35,351 nt of DNA, from IMG/VR virus record IMGVR_UViG_3300020045_002310, positions 1-35,351 of that record; one strand, 5' to 3'. The notes below the pieces were generated by a model that saw only the letters and a program-made list of their open reading frames with translations, was not told where the DNA came from and did not search any database. The translations under genes and the position numbers were made by a program. This document shows, piece by piece, positions 7,627 to 17,508 of the stretch. This DNA is from a virus (lineage: Duplodnaviria; Caudoviricetes). Positions within the stretch are counted from its first letter, which is position 1; each line of letters opens with the position of its first letter.

Positions 7627-10600
7627 TTAAAGTGATGCTGGTTGCCAAATAATGTTACCGTAAGTTGCTGTAATATCGTCGTTTCCACCTGTTGCTCCTG
7701 AGGCGGTGGCGGTTATTTTAATAATATTTGTACCCGTAAAAGTCAAACCTGTTAAAGAGGTATATTTTGTATAAGACGCTGTACTTGCGCTAGGTGTAGA
7801 AATATTAACTACTGCTCTAGCGGTTGTGGTTCCTGTTCTAATAATTGAAACATTAGTTACCCAAGCACCAGTAACACTCATAGTTAAAGTGCCAGTGTCT
7901 CCTATTAAAGTTCCTGCAAAATACAATTTCAATTGACTTGACGCTGTCACATCGTTAAAAGTACCTGAAAAATTTGAAATTATTTTTTCTCCGTTAGCGT
8001 TTAATCTATTAGCTACTGTCGTATAAGTTAATAAATCAGTTTCTGTTGTTGATACGTTATTTACGTCAGAATAGAAATCTTTTAATTGTTCTGGAACCCA
8101 TGATTTAGTTACAATTGCTTTTCCTGTAGCTTCTGCTGATATCAAAGCGTTTGTAACACTTGGAAGAGTTCCTAAACCATTTTTTAATATAGTAAGTGCA
8201 TTACTTCTTACAGAAGATGTTCCGTTACCTATATTAAAAAGTCGGTCAAGTGCATTGAACGCTGTTGTTGATAAAGGCGTGTAATCCGTGCCAAAAAATC
8301 CGCCTACCCACTCGCCATAAGACCTTGCTCTATTCGACTCCCCACCAGAAACATAGCTACTAACACCTGAAGCTATATTTGCAGTTCCTCCGCTTACAAA
8401 AGCATACTGAGCCGTAGCTTGATTAGAATCCCCTCCAATAACCGCAGAATTTATTCCAGAAGCGGTATTTCCGTAACCTCCGCCAACTGAGGAAAAACTG
8501 TTTGAAGCTACGTTATCAGCACCTCCCCCTACGTTTGAGTGCATTCCAGAAGCTCTGTTTCTTTGACCTCCAGACACCACAGAATAATTACCCGTTGCCC
8601 CTCTTGTTGTACTTGCACTTTCTGAAAACCCTAAATCTACTGCTTGCAGTCCAACACTACCATAATTAGCATCGATTCTACCATTAATTACGTAACCTAT
8701 TCCGCTCCCTTCGTCTAAAGGTCTAAAAGCATAATCATCTGTTTGCGCTATTAGTCCTGTTTTATTTTGTAAAGTATAAGTTCTCGATGCGGTATTGGTA
8801 TTTGTAAAAAAAGATGTAAAAGTATTAGCTACATTTCGTAATCCAATTGTACCGTCTAAGAACGTCTTAACGCCTGTGTTTGTTTGAGCAGAAGCAAGTA
8901 CCATATCTCCGCTTCCACCACCACCTCCAGCATTAGCTAAAACAAAAGCAGTTGTTGCAAGTTGTGTTGTATTTGTTCCTAAAGTAGCTGTCGGTGCTGA
9001 TGGCGTTCCTGTAAACGTAGGCGAAGCTGATGTAGCGTAATATCCGCTTACCACTTTTTCAACAAGACCTGTAGTCATATTCCTAGTTAAGATGTCATAA
9101 GTTCCTGCAGATGTAGTAGGTTGTGTTCCTAAAGTTACTGTAGATGTTAACTTAGTAGTCCCTGCATTTTCAAAACCAAATCCTCCATTAACACTTGTTC
9201 CTAATAGTAGATTTCCCCACCATCTACCAAACACGGTTGCGGCTTTACCTATAGTTGTAGTATTGCTTCCGAGACCAGTAGCATTGTTTCCTATTACTAT
9301 TTCATTAGTACTATTGTCAGCTAGTGCTTTTGTTTGTAGTCCAACAAAAACACCGTCGGTTACATTTGTAAGGTTTAAATTTCCTGTATAAAATCTAGCC
9401 GCTTGCATACCTACGGCGGTATTTCCAGTCCCTATTATATTGTTTCTCAGAACCATTTCGCCAAGACCTGTATTGTTTGACCCAGAGGTATTAGCTTCAA
9501 TGGCTTGCTGTCCTATAGCTGTATTTCTTATTCCAGTAACATTATTTCCAGTTCCTGTTCCAATTAATATATTTGAAACAACTGAATTTGCTTTTATTTC
9601 TAATGTTGTTGCGTTAGAGGTGTTCTTAAAAGTTACAGTTCCTTTTAAAGAGGGTGTACTGTAGCTACCGCTCCTAGATATATCTACTGTTTTACTGTTT
9701 CCTGCGTCTGTAGTTGTCTCAGATATAAAAAAATTAGATGTTGCAGGAACTACTTTTGTAACATAACCTGCTGGACTTGTGATATATACCCATGTCGAGG
9801 CGTCTGTTCCTATATATAAGTTATTTACATCTATTTTTAAGGAGTTGTCATTTGTTAACGGTGGATTATTTAAATCAAATATAGTCGCTGTTGTTGGGCT
9901 TGTAGCATTTACATAAACTATTTTAGAGTATGTTGTAGGTACTTTTAAATCTAATTCATTTTTAACCGCTTGAACACTTGGGTATAAAGTATTGTTTACT
10001 GTAGTGAAATTAGTTGCTTTATTGGATACATCTTCAGGTATATAACCTAAAATAGTAGGTATTGTTTTATTTTCCCATAAACCCTCTGTAGTAGAACCTA
10101 TTACTTTATTAATAGTTGTTCCTGTAATTTCTACATCGTGGATTTCATCCATAGAAACACCATTACTTATTTTTACAAAGATACTTCCTTGAGTAAGATG
10201 TGAATTAATAACATAACCCACAACTATTTTTCTAAATAAACTTGTAGGTATTATATTTGTCAACGCTCCTGGCGTAATTGGACTTAAATATAATATATCT
10301 CCATCTAACCAAGTTTCACCTTGTAAATTTCCTGTAGTATTTATAGTTCTAACTAATCCAGTAGTTGTTATAAATCCTTCTTGATTGTTGTTTATATTTT
10401 CAGTTACAAGACCTATAGTTTTATTTGATGTGGGTATTGTATTTGCATTAGCTAAATCAATTTTTAATCTTTGCCCTTGCGCTCCAGATGTATAAACACA
10501 ACTATAATTAGATTCCAATAAATTTACTCCAGTTTTATTTACAACTCTTATAACTTGTTCTTGACCAACTTGTAATGTTACATTTCCACCTTTTAACATT

Positions 10601-11367
10601 ATCTCCGCAGTTCCATCAGAATCATTCCATCTTACTTTTCCAACTCCAAAAATTCCTGTAGGTGTTTGATCTAATTCTAATTGTCCAGTTTTTAATTGAT
10701 ATTCACCTAAATCTACATTTGTAGTAGATCCTGTATAAGGAACTTTTCCTGCAATGTCTATAGGTACTAAGTATCCACTATTATTTACAAACTCGCTAAT
10801 ATTAATATTATCTACAAGTTGAGTTGATGTTATTGAATTGGCTTTTACATCAGCCGTAATCACATTTGATATATCATCATAAGAAAAATCTATAGTAGTA
10901 CTATCTACAAGTATATTACCTACAGCATTTTGAGCTAATTCATCTGTATACTGAGTTATGTCTCCTACATATAATATATCACCATCTGTTACAGCTGTAT
11001 TAAATTGAGATTTAGTACCGGAAACGTTTATAATTGGGTTATTATTATCTGTATTATCAACATTTACTATATTTATTCCATTTACAGATTCTACTTTTGA
11101 ATCAAGTTCAGATTGTAAATTAATTACGTCTGATATAGAATGAATGTGAGATGATGGTGGAAAACTTAATGGTTTATTTAATATTTCAGAATCTCCTGAA
11201 ATAGAATTCCAATCTGAATTTACATTAACTTCTGCACCTTCTTCAATACCATCAAATTTTTCTTTTTCAAGTTGAGTTAAATGAATATAATCACCATCAT
11301 TTAAACCTTGAGTATTATTATGTACAACTTCAGTTGTATTTGATAATATAGTCGTTATTTTAGCCAT
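7627..11367 (-). CDS. tail fibre / receptor-binding protein, modular (1246 aa)
   Basis: Gly/Thr/Asn rich; SPTFTGTPSAPTA..TNTTQLATTAFV fibre motif, NTAIG/NTAVG and VSGG-N-ASG YadA-head-like repeats. Confidence 0.85.
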   Translation of the reverse strand: MAKITTILSNTTEVVHNNTQGLNDGDYIHLTQLEKEKFDGIEEGAEVNVNSDWNSISGDSEILNKPLSFPPSSHIHSISDVINLQSELDSKVESVNGINIVNVDNTDNNNPIINVSGTKSQFNTAVTDGDILYVGDITQYTDELAQNAVGNILVDSTTIDFSYDDISNVITADVKANSITSTQLVDNINISEFVNNSGYLVPIDIAGKVPYTGSTTNVDLGEYQLKTGQLELDQTPTGIFGVGKVRWNDSDGTAEIMLKGGNVTLQVGQEQVIRVVNKTGVNLLESNYSCVYTSGAQGQRLKIDLANANTIPTSNKTIGLVTENINNNQEGFITTTGLVRTINTTGNLQGETWLDGDILYLSPITPGALTNIIPTSLFRKIVVGYVINSHLTQGSIFVKISNGVSMDEIHDVEITGTTINKVIGSTTEGLWENKTIPTILGYIPEDVSNKATNFTTVNNTLYPSVQAVKNELDLKVPTTYSKIVYVNATSPTTATIFDLNNPPLTNDNSLKIDVNNLYIGTDASTWVYITSPAGYVTKVVPATSNFFISETTTDAGNSKTVDISRSGSYSTPSLKGTVTFKNTSNATTLEIKANSVVSNILIGTGTGNNVTGIRNTAIGQQAIEANTSGSNNTGLGEMVLRNNIIGTGNTAVGMQAARFYTGNLNLTNVTDGVFVGLQTKALADNSTNEIVIGNNATGLGSNTTTIGKAATVFGRWWGNLLLGTSVNGGFGFENAGTTKLTSTVTLGTQPTTSAGTYDILTRNMTTGLVEKVVSGYYATSASPTFTGTPSAPTATLGTNTTQLATTAFVLANAGGGGGSGDMVLASAQTNTGVKTFLDGTIGLRNVANTFTSFFTNTNTASRTYTLQNKTGLIAQTDDYAFRPLDEGSGIGYVINGRIDANYGSVGLQAVDLGFSESASTTRGATGNYSVVSGGQRNRASGMHSNVGGGADNVASNSFSSVGGGYGNTASGINSAVIGGDSNQATAQYAFVSGGTANIASGVSSYVSGGESNRARSYGEWVGGFFGTDYTPLSTTAFNALDRLFNIGNGTSSVRSNALTILKNGLGTLPSVTNALISAEATGKAIVTKSWVPEQLKDFYSDVNNVSTTETDLLTYTTVANRLNANGEKIISNFSGTFNDVTASSQLKLYFAGTLIGDTGTLTMSVTGAWVTNVSIIRTGTTTARAVVNISTPSASTASYTKYTSLTGLTFTGTNIIKITATASGATGGNDDITATYGNIIWQPASL

Positions 11368-11756
11368 TATATTGTTTCTATTATATATTCAACCATTACT
11401 TTACATCCAGCTTTTGCTAAAAATGTAATTGGAGTTTGATTTAAAGTTGTTACTTCAATATTTTGAGTTAATCCTGCTGGGAATGTAAATGTGTTATATA
11501 CTATACTTCCAACTAATACAATTATTGATATAGAATGGAATGTATTTATTGGATATGTTACAATTTGATCAGTAACAGGTTCGTATGTGTCTACAATTAC
11601 AGTATTATAATTCGGACCACCATTTTGACAAGTATTAACAGCTGATATTAATTCAACCATTTTTCTTAAATCTTCGTTTTTTATTTTATTGCAATCTTTA
11701 AATGATATTAATAATTCATTTATAGTTTGAGATATTTCGTTACATTCTATTATCAT
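11367..11756 (-). CDS. putative structural/tail protein
   Basis: 129-aa ORF within tail cluster, TAATG overlap with the fibre gene. Confidence 0.65.
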   Translation of the reverse strand: MIIECNEISQTINELLISFKDCNKIKNEDLRKMVELISAVNTCQNGGPNYNTVIVDTYEPVTDQIVTYPINTFHSISIIVLVGSIVYNTFTFPAGLTQNIEVTTLNQTPITFLAKAGCKVMVEYIIETI

Positions 11757-11780
11757 TATACAATTTATTTAGTTTTTATA

Positions 11781-12098
11781 TTATGCACATATTGTATGTA
11801 CACTTATTGTACCATCATTTTGAATTAATACTACATAACTATTTACTAAAGACATTTTATAATATTGATTACCACCTATAATAGGTATAGTTCCATCAAC
11901 ATCTGTATAAGCTATATCTCCTGAAGTAATTATACCATTAGTTATTGTATCAATCCAACAATTAGTATCTATTATTAAAGCGCAACTATTATCAGGTAAA
12001 GGTTCTGATACAGAACTATAAGCTCCTGATTCTAGAATTGGAGATACTGGTACATCATTAATAAATGTTTTAAATATATTTATTTTAAATTTATTCAT
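11781..12098 (-). CDS. putative structural protein
   Basis: 105-aa beta-rich ORF; shares GD..Y.D..GTIP module with the upstream 13571-14497 gene. Confidence 0.65.
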   Translation of the reverse strand: MNKFKINIFKTFINDVPVSPILESGAYSSVSEPLPDNSCALIIDTNCWIDTITNGIITSGDIAYTDVDGTIPIIGGNQYYKMSLVNSYVVLIQNDGTISVHTICA

Positions 12099-12101
12099 AA
12101 A

Positions 12102-13553
12102 TTAGACTTTAGTATTACCCCCTAAATAGTATATATTACTACTTAATTCTTGCGATAAATAAGTTTGATAATATTGATCTTTTATTTTTAAACCTATTGG
12201 ATTATTTATAGTAGTTCCAGAAGTTACAAAAGTTACATCTGCTGAACCTTTTTGTGTAAACCCAACACCAAATTTAGATGTTAATCCACTAGGAACTGTA
12301 ATAGTTACAGCTGTAGATGAATTATCAATTATTATTTCATAATTATTATCTAAATTAGTTAAGGTATAATTTATTCCTGTAAAATCAGCTGGATAAGTTA
12401 TCACTTTTTGTAAAGGTATAATTTCAACTATAAATGGATCTTCTATACCTCCTGAACCAGTTACAATAGTATTACTTCCATTATCAAAATATATAATAGA
12501 TGTTCCAGAAGCAGTAGAGTTTATTACATAAGGTGAAGCGATAGTTCCAATACCTGATACGGTTACATTTGTTCCAGCATTTATTTTAGTTTCAGAACCA
12601 TTTGGTGCAACACTTGTTAGATAATCTTTAGTTATTAATATTTTACCAGTAATATCAGATGTAATTAAACTAGTTGTTAAACTTGGTGCTAAAACTGACC
12701 CATTAAACATTACCTTAAAAGCATCACTTCGTGTTATTACAGAGTATGATTCATCATTATTAGTAATAGTACCATTTCCTACAACTAACATTGGTTTATT
12801 AGTAGAGTTATAATCTGTAATTTGTTCAGTTATTATATTAGCAGCTTGACCAATTACAGTAGTATTCATACTGTTTACAATATGACCTGTACCAAATATA
12901 GAGTTAGTATAACCTGTGTTATATAAATTATAACCTCCGTTAAAACTACCTGATCCACGATTATCAATTAAATAACCAAATGAGTTTGCTAAATAACCTG
13001 GTGTTTTAACATCTATACCTGATGAAAATGAATTAGTACCAATAGAACCATTGGTGGATGATACTTCGCTAGAATAACTAAAATCTACTGCGTCATCACC
13101 AATTGGTCCATAAAAAGTATTATTTCTACTTCTAATTCTAAATCCAGTACCTTGACCTTCATCTAATGCTTCTAAAGGAGGTACTATTATAGTAGGTTTA
13201 TTTAATATTTCTTCTACTCCAGATGTAGCATTCCAATCTGAATTTACTTGAGATGAATTTACAACTTCATAAAAATTATAAGCTTGATTAGAATAATCTA
13301 TTCCAAAAGTTATAACTCCAGATGGATATACATAATCTGAAGTCAATAATCCTCCAGAACCTAAACTAGGTTTCCATTCCCATCTAGTACCTTCTTCAAT
13401 ACAATATATAATTAAACCTTTTATATAAGTAAAAGCTAAATTATCTTCTACACCTAAATTTGAAAGTTCAGTTTCATTTTGAATATATTGTTTAACATCT
13501 AACGGAATTTGCGTAGGGATTTTTAATCCCAATTGTATATTATTATAATTCAT
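12102..13553 (-). CDS. tail fibre/spike-like protein
   Basis: Shares VNSDWN..SG..EILNKP, LDEG.G.G and GNGT...RS.A modules with the 1246-aa fibre. Confidence 0.75.
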   Translation of the reverse strand: MNYNNIQLGLKIPTQIPLDVKQYIQNETELSNLGVEDNLAFTYIKGLIIYCIEEGTRWEWKPSLGSGGLLTSDYVYPSGVITFGIDYSNQAYNFYEVVNSSQVNSDWNATSGVEEILNKPTIIVPPLEALDEGQGTGFRIRSRNNTFYGPIGDDAVDFSYSSEVSSTNGSIGTNSFSSGIDVKTPGYLANSFGYLIDNRGSGSFNGGYNLYNTGYTNSIFGTGHIVNSMNTTVIGQAANIITEQITDYNSTNKPMLVVGNGTITNNDESYSVITRSDAFKVMFNGSVLAPSLTTSLITSDITGKILITKDYLTSVAPNGSETKINAGTNVTVSGIGTIASPYVINSTASGTSIIYFDNGSNTIVTGSGGIEDPFIVEIIPLQKVITYPADFTGINYTLTNLDNNYEIIIDNSSTAVTITVPSGLTSKFGVGFTQKGSADVTFVTSGTTINNPIGLKIKDQYYQTYLSQELSSNIYYLGGNTKV

Positions 13554-13570
13554 TTATATTATATTTATCA

Positions 13571-14497
13571 TTATAAACAACCATTTAATTCTATTTTTAT
13601 ACCTGAAAAAATACGAATATTTGGATAATAGCCAATAAAACTTTTTACATATATACCATCATTGTAAGGAATTGTTCCCAAGCTGTCTAAATATATATAG
13701 TCTCCATTTATAGGATCATCATTTATACCTGAATGATATGCTGTTATATAAGTTGGAGTACTAGTTATATCTTGAGCACATTCTATTCCACCTAATTCTT
13801 GAAAAGTTTCTAAACTTATTAAAAATGATTTTAATAATGATAAAGGACTTTCTGATTTTGTAATTTTAATAAACATATCACTATATGAATATATATTATT
13901 TGAAACAAACAATATAGTTTTATTATCAAGATATGTTCTAGTAAAACCATCTGTAACATCATTATTCATAATATCATATAATCTATAATTATCAGTTTCT
14001 AAACTATTAGTTATAGCAAAAGATATTAAACCTATATTAATATAAGAAATAGTTTTACCAATTTCAAATACTGGAATTGTATCAAAAGATTTAGTTTGTA
14101 AATAACCGTTTACACTTACATTACTTATAATATCATCTAATAATATATCTATATTAGGTTCTTGCCAATAATAAATTTTTTGTAAATTACCAATAGTATT
14201 GCAATCTGTATATTCAGCTTGTGTGAACTTAGATTTTAATATAACTTTATCTTGGTTTAATATTATAGATTTACAAGTATATTTAGATGTGTTTAGTATA
14301 GTATTATATAAAGATATTAAAGAACGTCTTTGTATATGAGTAATAGATGTTGAACAACCACTCAATAACTTATATATTGCATCTAATATATATACATCAT
14401 TTGAATGTAAAACACCAGTTACTCTAGATTGATTATAGATTTTATCTAATGAACCAATTACTACAGATGTGTGGGTTTTTTCGTTTATATCTATCAT
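13571..14497 (-). CDS. putative tail hub/fibre-attachment protein
   Basis: Synteny with crAss-like tail-hub genes; likely start MIDINEK at 14497. Confidence 0.55.
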   Translation of the reverse strand: MIDINEKTHTSVVIGSLDKIYNQSRVTGVLHSNDVYILDAIYKLLSGCSTSITHIQRRSLISLYNTILNTSKYTCKSIILNQDKVILKSKFTQAEYTDCNTIGNLQKIYYWQEPNIDILLDDIISNVSVNGYLQTKSFDTIPVFEIGKTISYINIGLISFAITNSLETDNYRLYDIMNNDVTDGFTRTYLDNKTILFVSNNIYSYSDMFIKITKSESPLSLLKSFLISLETFQELGGIECAQDITSTPTYITAYHSGINDDPINGDYIYLDSLGTIPYNDGIYVKSFIGYYPNIRIFSGIKIELNGCL

Positions 14498-14498
14498 A

Positions 14499-15077
14499 TT
14501 AAGGTTGTATAAAGTTATTGCAACTAGCACATTCTATTACTGGGCAATTATCACAAGTTTTTAACGCACATAGTTTTTTAAGTTTATTAATCATATCTAT
14601 AGCTTGTGAATAATAACCTACCTCTAATGATTTCATAACTGTATCTATTAACATATTTATAGTTATAACCATTTGATGAGATTCTTCTTTATTACAATTT
14701 ATACATTGAGTAATTTGTAAATCTGTTAGATAATTAAGTAAACATGTATAATATGTAGAAAGATTATAAGTAATACCTAATGCTGGAGATTGACAATCTT
14801 GACAACCCTCCACATCTACAAATGTACTTTCTACTTCCATAAAACATACATCTTCAAATTTAGAAATACCTACTTCATTAGCATTTATAATTAAAACTTC
14901 TTTATTATTTACATTTAATAAATAATTATTTAAATCTATAGCTAAAGAATAATCTTTAAAGTTTACCATTGTCCACAATAATATTGAACTTATAGTATAT
15001 CCAATATCTGTTTCAACATCTATTGCTAACTGAGAGCCATTATTTATTATTTCGAAATTATTTATAATTATTGCCAT
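14499..15077 (-). CDS. crAss-like tail hub-type structural protein
   Basis: Beta N-terminus, Cys-rich helical C-terminus; follows the auxiliary capsid gene as in crAss-like genomes. Confidence 0.6.
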   Translation of the reverse strand: MAIIINNFEIINNGSQLAIDVETDIGYTISSILLWTMVNFKDYSLAIDLNNYLLNVNNKEVLIINANEVGISKFEDVCFMEVESTFVDVEGCQDCQSPALGITYNLSTYYTCLLNYLTDLQITQCINCNKEESHQMVITINMLIDTVMKSLEVGYYSQAIDMINKLKKLCALKTCDNCPVIECASCNNFIQP

Positions 15078-15643
15078 TTTCCAGTATATTTATAATTGGT
15101 ATTATTTTTTAGAATTCCATTTAATTTTTTCCTCATGGTTTCTTTATTTGTATTAGTTTTAATTGTCAAAATTTCTAATGAATCATAAGTTTCATTTGTA
15201 ACAGTATTAACAATAGTTTTAGTTTTTAATATACCTCTATTTTTTATTTGCTCAGTAGATTGTTTGGTTCCAAGTTTTTTATTTCTTAGTAAATCTTTAT
15301 GATTTTGTGAAAATTTTCTACCAGTCATTTTTAAACTTCTTTTAATATTAGATTCAATTGACGGTTTTCTACCTAAAGTACCTTCGCCACCATCTGTCAT
15401 ATTTACTAATGTCCCAGTTTTTAAATCTTTACGACCATAATAAGATATTAATATTATTTCTAATTCACAAGCGTTTTTCCAAGTTAAATCAGATTTTAAT
15501 ACTTGAACTTCATACTCATATTTATTTGTAATATTTTGCCAATATTTATTTCTATCAAATTTGCTATGCGCTCTTTTAATATTTTTACCAATACCTATGT
15601 AAAATACTTCACCATTTATTTTTAAATGTCTGTATAATATCAT
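15068..15643 (-). CDS. GIY-YIG homing endonuclease with NUMOD3-like repeats
   Basis: ILY..VFYIG.G..KR, conserved E, LVNMTDGGEG, basic NUMOD3-like repeats. Confidence 0.85.
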   Translation of the reverse strand: MILYRHLKINGEVFYIGIGKNIKRAHSKFDRNKYWQNITNKYEYEVQVLKSDLTWKNACELEIILISYYGRKDLKTGTLVNMTDGGEGTLGRKPSIESNIKRSLKMTGRKFSQNHKDLLRNKKLGTKQSTEQIKNRGILKTKTIVNTVTNETYDSLEILTIKTNTNKETMRKKLNGILKNNTNYKYTGKWQ

Positions 15644-15655
15644 TTTAGTTTAAAT

Positions 15656-15696
15656 AAAAAAAGGGAAGAAAGATTTTTTGTTTCTCTCTCCCCTTT
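15656..15696 (-). terminator. intrinsic terminator
   Basis: Minus strand GGGGAGAGAGA / TCTTTCTTCCC stem with G-U pairs followed by T7, after the 335-aa gene. Confidence 0.8.
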
Positions 15697-15716
15697 AAGG
15701 TTAATTATAAGTTGTA

Positions 15717-16724
15717 TTATACTACTGCTAAGTTAGCAGGAACTACAGCTAATGTTCCAACAGCCGTTCTAATATCTGTTAATACAGAGTTAGTAGCAGC
15801 ATTGTTAGCAGCTACATTCGTAACTTTGTCTACAAGAATTGTAAGAACTTTATATTGACGTTCTACAATAGTTTCATTTCTAGGAGCAAAATATTTAATT
15901 TGTATAGTATTATACAAACCAGCTTTAGATGTGTAATAAGGAACATCAAATCCAACTGGATATTCAAAATCTCTAGAAGGTGAATATTTAACACCTTTTA
16001 CAAAGTATTCAAAATTAGTTGCAAATTTACCAGTACCATTACCATTACTACCTTCAACTGTAACTACTGATGTTAATAGTCCAAGATTTGAATTATATCC
16101 ATTTGAGATATTACTAAAAACTTTTCCTTGAGCTGTAAACAATAGTTTACGACCATCAATTCTACCAGGTTTGTTATCTTGAAGTTTTTCAGTAATTAAA
16201 ATACCTGTACCATCTGCAACAACTGTAAATTCACTATTACCTCTACGAAGTAAATTTTTATTTAAACTTGCAATTACACCATCACGAATAGTAGTTGCAG
16301 TATCAGAACCTAACAGTTCACCTGTTACGTAGTAACCTGATATAACTTCAAAGTTTTCAGGAGACAATTGATTTTCAACTCTAATTTCAGCAGTGTAAGT
16401 TCTTTGAGCAGCGGCTACACCACCTACAGCAAATCCATCAATTTTTACAGCTTTCAATACTTCTGGAGCATATTCTTTTACTGTAATTTTGTCAATATAA
16501 CGAGGATCAATTTTATCTGAAAACTCGAAATCTAACCCTTTAGCTGCATTACCAGCTGTTTTTTGCAATACGTAGAAAGGCTTTCCAGCAGCAACATTAC
16601 TACCATCTTTGGATAGTACTTTTACTTCTTTATCACTTGCGGTAGCTACGAATGTAGCAACAGTAGTTTCTGTAGCCACAGCATTTCCTACAATTAATTC
16701 TCCTACTTGATTCGGTGCGAACAT
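15717..16724 (-). CDS. crAss-like auxiliary capsid / structural protein
   Basis: MF.PNQV.EL.V N-terminus, FSDKID motif, size and synteny downstream of MCP. Confidence 0.7.
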   Translation of the reverse strand: MFAPNQVGELIVGNAVATETTVATFVATASDKEVKVLSKDGSNVAAGKPFYVLQKTAGNAAKGLDFEFSDKIDPRYIDKITVKEYAPEVLKAVKIDGFAVGGVAAAQRTYTAEIRVENQLSPENFEVISGYYVTGELLGSDTATTIRDGVIASLNKNLLRRGNSEFTVVADGTGILITEKLQDNKPGRIDGRKLLFTAQGKVFSNISNGYNSNLGLLTSVVTVEGSNGNGTGKFATNFEYFVKGVKYSPSRDFEYPVGFDVPYYTSKAGLYNTIQIKYFAPRNETIVERQYKVLTILVDKVTNVAANNAATNSVLTDIRTAVGTLAVVPANLAVV

Positions 16725-16759
16725 AATTTTTTAGTTTTAATTTATAATAATAATTTTAT

Positions 16760-17506
16760 TTATTCATTACGTGAATTTGTTTGAATAAACGATTCTAAAC
16801 CTTGAGGTTTATAATCACGTAATGCTAGTTCTACAGCTCTGTCAACGATCTCTCGATGAATTCCTTCACCTAATTCACATTCACTAACTGCATTTAAACC
16901 ATCTATTGATAGATCGTCTGATGGGAATAATGTATTTAAATCACCAACTATAATTGGTGTTGGATATTTTAGATATCTACCTGAATAATAAGGACTGTTT
17001 GATGTATTAAATGGTGATATTAATTCAACTACAGTTTCATTATTATCATAAGTTACATCTAATCTCCATACAGTATTAGAATCTGGGTTTTTAAATGGAT
17101 TATGTATTTGAATATTATAATCATCATGAGTAATTGGAACTACTTTTATTAGTTTACCATTATTACAATCTAATGAAACAATTTGATATTGTTCATATAT
17201 TATTAAAAACACATCTGAACTTAATTTAAAAAATCTAGATGTAGGATGTAATCCATCTTCACTAATATTAGATATATTTGTCTTAAAAGATTTTATTAAA
17301 CCTTTTAAATCAGATCTTCTTTTTTCTGTATTTTCAAATCCAGTTTTTTTACGATTACTTAAAGGGTCATAATAATCTTTAATTAACTCTAATTGAGCTT
17401 TTGTAAGATATACAGAAATCTCATAATCATCTAATCCTGGTGAGGAGTTTGAAGCTATGGCATTATAGTGTATTAAAAATTCATTTTTTAACTCTTGAGT
17501 AGTCAT
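16760..17506 (-). CDS. crAss-like tail ring (neck) protein
   Basis: EF..HYN.I.SNS.PGLDDYEISVYLTKAQ, GFE.TEKRR.DL, CEL...IHREIVDRAVELA motifs. Confidence 0.7.
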   Translation of the reverse strand: MTTQELKNEFLIHYNAIASNSSPGLDDYEISVYLTKAQLELIKDYYDPLSNRKKTGFENTEKRRSDLKGLIKSFKTNISNISEDGLHPTSRFFKLSSDVFLIIYEQYQIVSLDCNNGKLIKVVPITHDDYNIQIHNPFKNPDSNTVWRLDVTYDNNETVVELISPFNTSNSPYYSGRYLKYPTPIIVGDLNTLFPSDDLSIDGLNAVSECELGEGIHREIVDRAVELALRDYKPQGLESFIQTNSRNE

Positions 17507-17508
17507 AA

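Noticed and set aside
7627-13553. Diversity-generating retroelement acting on the fibres
   Set aside because: No reverse transcriptase in the window and no long repeat pair differing only at adenines
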